Positions 61,637-64,000 of a stretch of DNA of 64,000 nucleotides are shown here, one piece after another (position 1 is the first letter of the stretch; each line of letters starts with the position of its first letter). The stretch is taken from NCBI GenBank assembly GCA_048938105.1, contig JBHLMN010000002.1:346214-410213 (forward strand). Direction: 5' to 3'. A program made the position numbers and the translations under genes. The notes under the pieces are model-generated. The model had not been told where the DNA came from, ran no database searches, and was given only the letters and a program-made list of their open reading frames with translations. Source of the DNA: Promethearchaeota archaeon (GTDB taxonomy: Archaea > Asgardarchaeota > Heimdallarchaeia > Hodarchaeales > Hodarchaeaceae).

Positions 61637-62314
61637 ATGAAGAACACTGATGAATTAAACCAAGAATCATCAGATTATTGTTTTTACATTACATATAAAC
61701 CTCAAAATGTGAAGTTTGTGTCAAAAAAGGAATTGGATTTAATCAAAGAACATTATCTGATTATTTCTGCTTTACGAGATACTGTAATGAGTGTGAAAGA
61801 TATTCACAATCTATTTCTAGATCAAAAAACTGGAGAATATGCTTATACATTGAAAACTATTTATCGACATTTAGAAAAATTAGTTGATGCAGGGATAGTA
61901 ACAGCTGCAGGCTATCGGGAAAGAACAGGAACACGATCATGTGAAAAAGTCTACTGTAGAACAGCGAAAATTTTTTACCCTGAAATTAAGGAGGAAGACC
62001 TAAAATGGTGGGAACTAAAAGATGGAGAAAAATACGCCCAAATATTCAGAGTAACATTAACAGAGCTATTACAAACATCAGAACCAGACGAAAAATCATT
62101 TAACAAATTATTCAAACAATTATCCCTACTACAAACAAAAGCAAAAAAAGATCTATTCGAAAAAGCAAGAAATGACACAGAATTAGCGGACTCCTTAAGT
62201 CAAATTGACATTAATAAATTGAATTCCATTGCTGATTTAGCAAGTGTCCTTAAAATTATCTTACAAGAACCAGATTTACTTAATCAGTTACGAAGTCTTC
62301 TAAACATGCAATAA
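61637..62314 (+). CDS. Winged-helix transcriptional regulator (ArsR/Fur-like HTH)
   Basis: MSVKDIH...TLKTIYRHLEKLVDAGIV...KVYCRTA. Confidence 0.75.
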   Translation: MKNTDELNQESSDYCFYITYKPQNVKFVSKKELDLIKEHYLIISALRDTVMSVKDIHNLFLDQKTGEYAYTLKTIYRHLEKLVDAGIVTAAGYRERTGTRSCEKVYCRTAKIFYPEIKEEDLKWWELKDGEKYAQIFRVTLTELLQTSEPDEKSFNKLFKQLSLLQTKAKKDLFEKARNDTELADSLSQIDINKLNSIADLASVLKIILQEPDLLNQLRSLLNMQ

Positions 62315-62497
62315 TCACACAAAAAGACTTGAATACTTCACAAAAGCGGAGAGAATATATTTCATACCTTACAAAGTGTACAGATCAAAACTCTCTCGTC
62401 CTTTTTTTGATGTGGAACCAACTCTCCTCAACCGAAGTAAAAGATAGAAGGTTCTTCACTAAATGAGTGATTGAAACTAGCTAAATTACCATTGATT

Positions 62498-63199
62498 TCA
62501 CAAGTAAGAATCGGATATGATCTGGCCATCTTCCATCTTAATTAACCGCATCCCAGAGGTGAGGAACTCATCATCATGGGTCACACAGATAATGGTTTTC
62601 CCCTGTGTCTGATTGAGTGTGATCAAAAGATTCATGATTTCTTGACCCATCGCAGAATCGAGATCCCCTGTAGGCTCATCCGCTAGAATAATGACGGGAT
62701 CATTTGCCAGCGCACGCGCAATTCCGACTCGCTGCTTTTCTCCACCCGAAAGTTCATGAGGTAGATGATGGTAGCGTTTCTCTAGGTTGACGAGCTTTAG
62801 TAGCTCTAAGGCCCGTGGTTCACGATATTTACGTTTTACCCCGCTGATAAGCATGGGTAACTCAACATTTTCGAGGGCACTGAGAACGGGATGAAGATTG
62901 AAGAACTGAAATACAAAACCAAGTTGATTTCGACGAAGCCAGGATAATTCAGGATCGCTTAGAATTGCCAAATTAGCCCGTTGAAATCGAATTGCTCCTG
63001 ATGATGACCGCTCAAGTCCTGCCATGACATTTAATAAAGTGGATTTGCCGCTTCCCGACGGCCCCATTACAACAACGAACTCTCCTTGATGAATCGTGAG
63101 ATTAACATCAGTGAGAGCATCAATCGTATGGTTTCCAATGGTATAGCGTTGGTTCACGTTTTCTAATTCTAGTAAGATCTGTTTTGTTGTAGTACTCAT
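62498..63199 (-). CDS. ABC transporter ATP-binding protein (LolD/MacB-type)
   Basis: [33 protein letters not shown]. Confidence 0.93.
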   Translation of the reverse strand: MSTTTKQILLELENVNQRYTIGNHTIDALTDVNLTIHQGEFVVVMGPSGSGKSTLLNVMAGLERSSSGAIRFQRANLAILSDPELSWLRRNQLGFVFQFFNLHPVLSALENVELPMLISGVKRKYREPRALELLKLVNLEKRYHHLPHELSGGEKQRVGIARALANDPVIILADEPTGDLDSAMGQEIMNLLITLNQTQGKTIICVTHDDEFLTSGMRLIKMEDGQIISDSYL

Positions 63200-63201
63200 G
63201 G

Positions 63202-63888
63202 TTAATCACCTTGTGTAGGAACAATGGTTGCGATCCCATCTTGAATCTTGATTTTAACTTGATTTCGGATACCTCCTTGACGCAGGATAGCTTCTGGAAT
63301 GCGAAGGGTACCCTGCTCATCAACAAAAATCACCTCTTCCCGCTCTGAACTAGTTTCAGAAGGATCCGTTGCTCGATGTAATCCCACAATTCTACCATCT
63401 AAGATACGTAGGGATTTATCAGTCATCTTAGAAAACCGATTATCATGAGTAACCACGCTAAAGGTTTTTCCGTGTTGTTTATTCAGTAATTTGAAGTATT
63501 CAATGATTTCAAATGTTGCTACGCTATCTAACTCACCTGTTGGTTCATCAGCAAGCACAATCGCGGGATCATTAGCCAAAGCAACCGCAATTCCCGTCCC
63601 TTGGGCTTCACCCCCAGACAGTTGGGAAGGTTTGTGGTTAAACCGACGTTCTAACCCGATATCTGTAAGCAATTGTCTTGCACACTGTTTTTGTTGCTCA
63701 TGGCTCCAACGGCCAGCCAACTTCATGGGTAATATCACATTTTTTACAGCTGTCAGATTCCAGACCAAATTGAGTTCGGGTAACTGGTACAGAAATCCCA
63801 TCTTATGTCGACGGTATAGGGTTAATTGTAGATCCGTCATTTTTGTAATCACCTCATCATCTAAGATGATATCACCAGTAGAGGGTTT
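63202..63888 (-). pseudogene. 5'-truncated LolD-type ABC ATPase with C-terminal AbrB-like domain
   Basis: Homology starts at KPSTGDIIL; an in-frame TAG lies just upstream and there is no Walker A; LSGGEAQG, LADEPTG; tail VDEQGTLRIPEAI. Confidence 0.75.
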
Positions 63889-64000
63889 GTAACAGCTGAT
63901 TTGATACTAGGTTTTACTAGTAGAATCTAGGCAAATATTACGAGATTTCTCAGTTAGAAAAAGAAATGTAAACCGAGGAAAAGAGAAAAAAAGAGGGTGA

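Noticed and set aside
1920-63892. Numerous 60-150 aa ORFs overlapping longer genes on the opposite strand or in another frame (e.g. 26972..27415, 42761..43156, 63491..63892)
   Set aside because: They lie within or largely overlap well-supported genes and show no motifs; treated as shadow ORFs.

Overview
AT-rich, gene-dense archaeal window, most consistent with an Asgard archaeon, probably Heimdallarchaeia (inference from taw1, a DRG GTPase, a 23-aa-repeat LRR protein, longin/DENN-like proteins and Hdr/Mvh genes). No rRNA, tRNA, CRISPR array or transposase was seen. It carries housekeeping and metabolic genes: a split FTCD plus folD, GH57, an M20 peptidase, CorA, three MscS genes, a SERCA-type P-ATPase, hypF, and an HdrD/HdrA/MvhD/QmoC-like redox operon. 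There are also three decayed genes. Main result: a MoxR-type AAA+ ATPase gene ends in a -1 frameshift-like cassette (C CCA AAA / A AAA AAA, a 5-8 nt spacer, then a GC-rich hairpin) that opens into the start-less 5' extension of a VWA gene. This predicts a 281-aa ATPase and a ~622-aa AAA-VWA fusion from one mRNA, although a homopolymer assembly error must be excluded. Second result: a bacterial-type acyl-phosphate lipid module (fakA-fakB-plsY operon, plus plsC, an acyl-CoA ligase and a lipase elsewhere in the window). Other leads: an HtpX-like protease with an EF-hand-like insert beside the Ca2+ pump, longin/DENN-like domain fusions, and a Fur-box-like operator. All calls come from reading motifs by eye; no searches were run.
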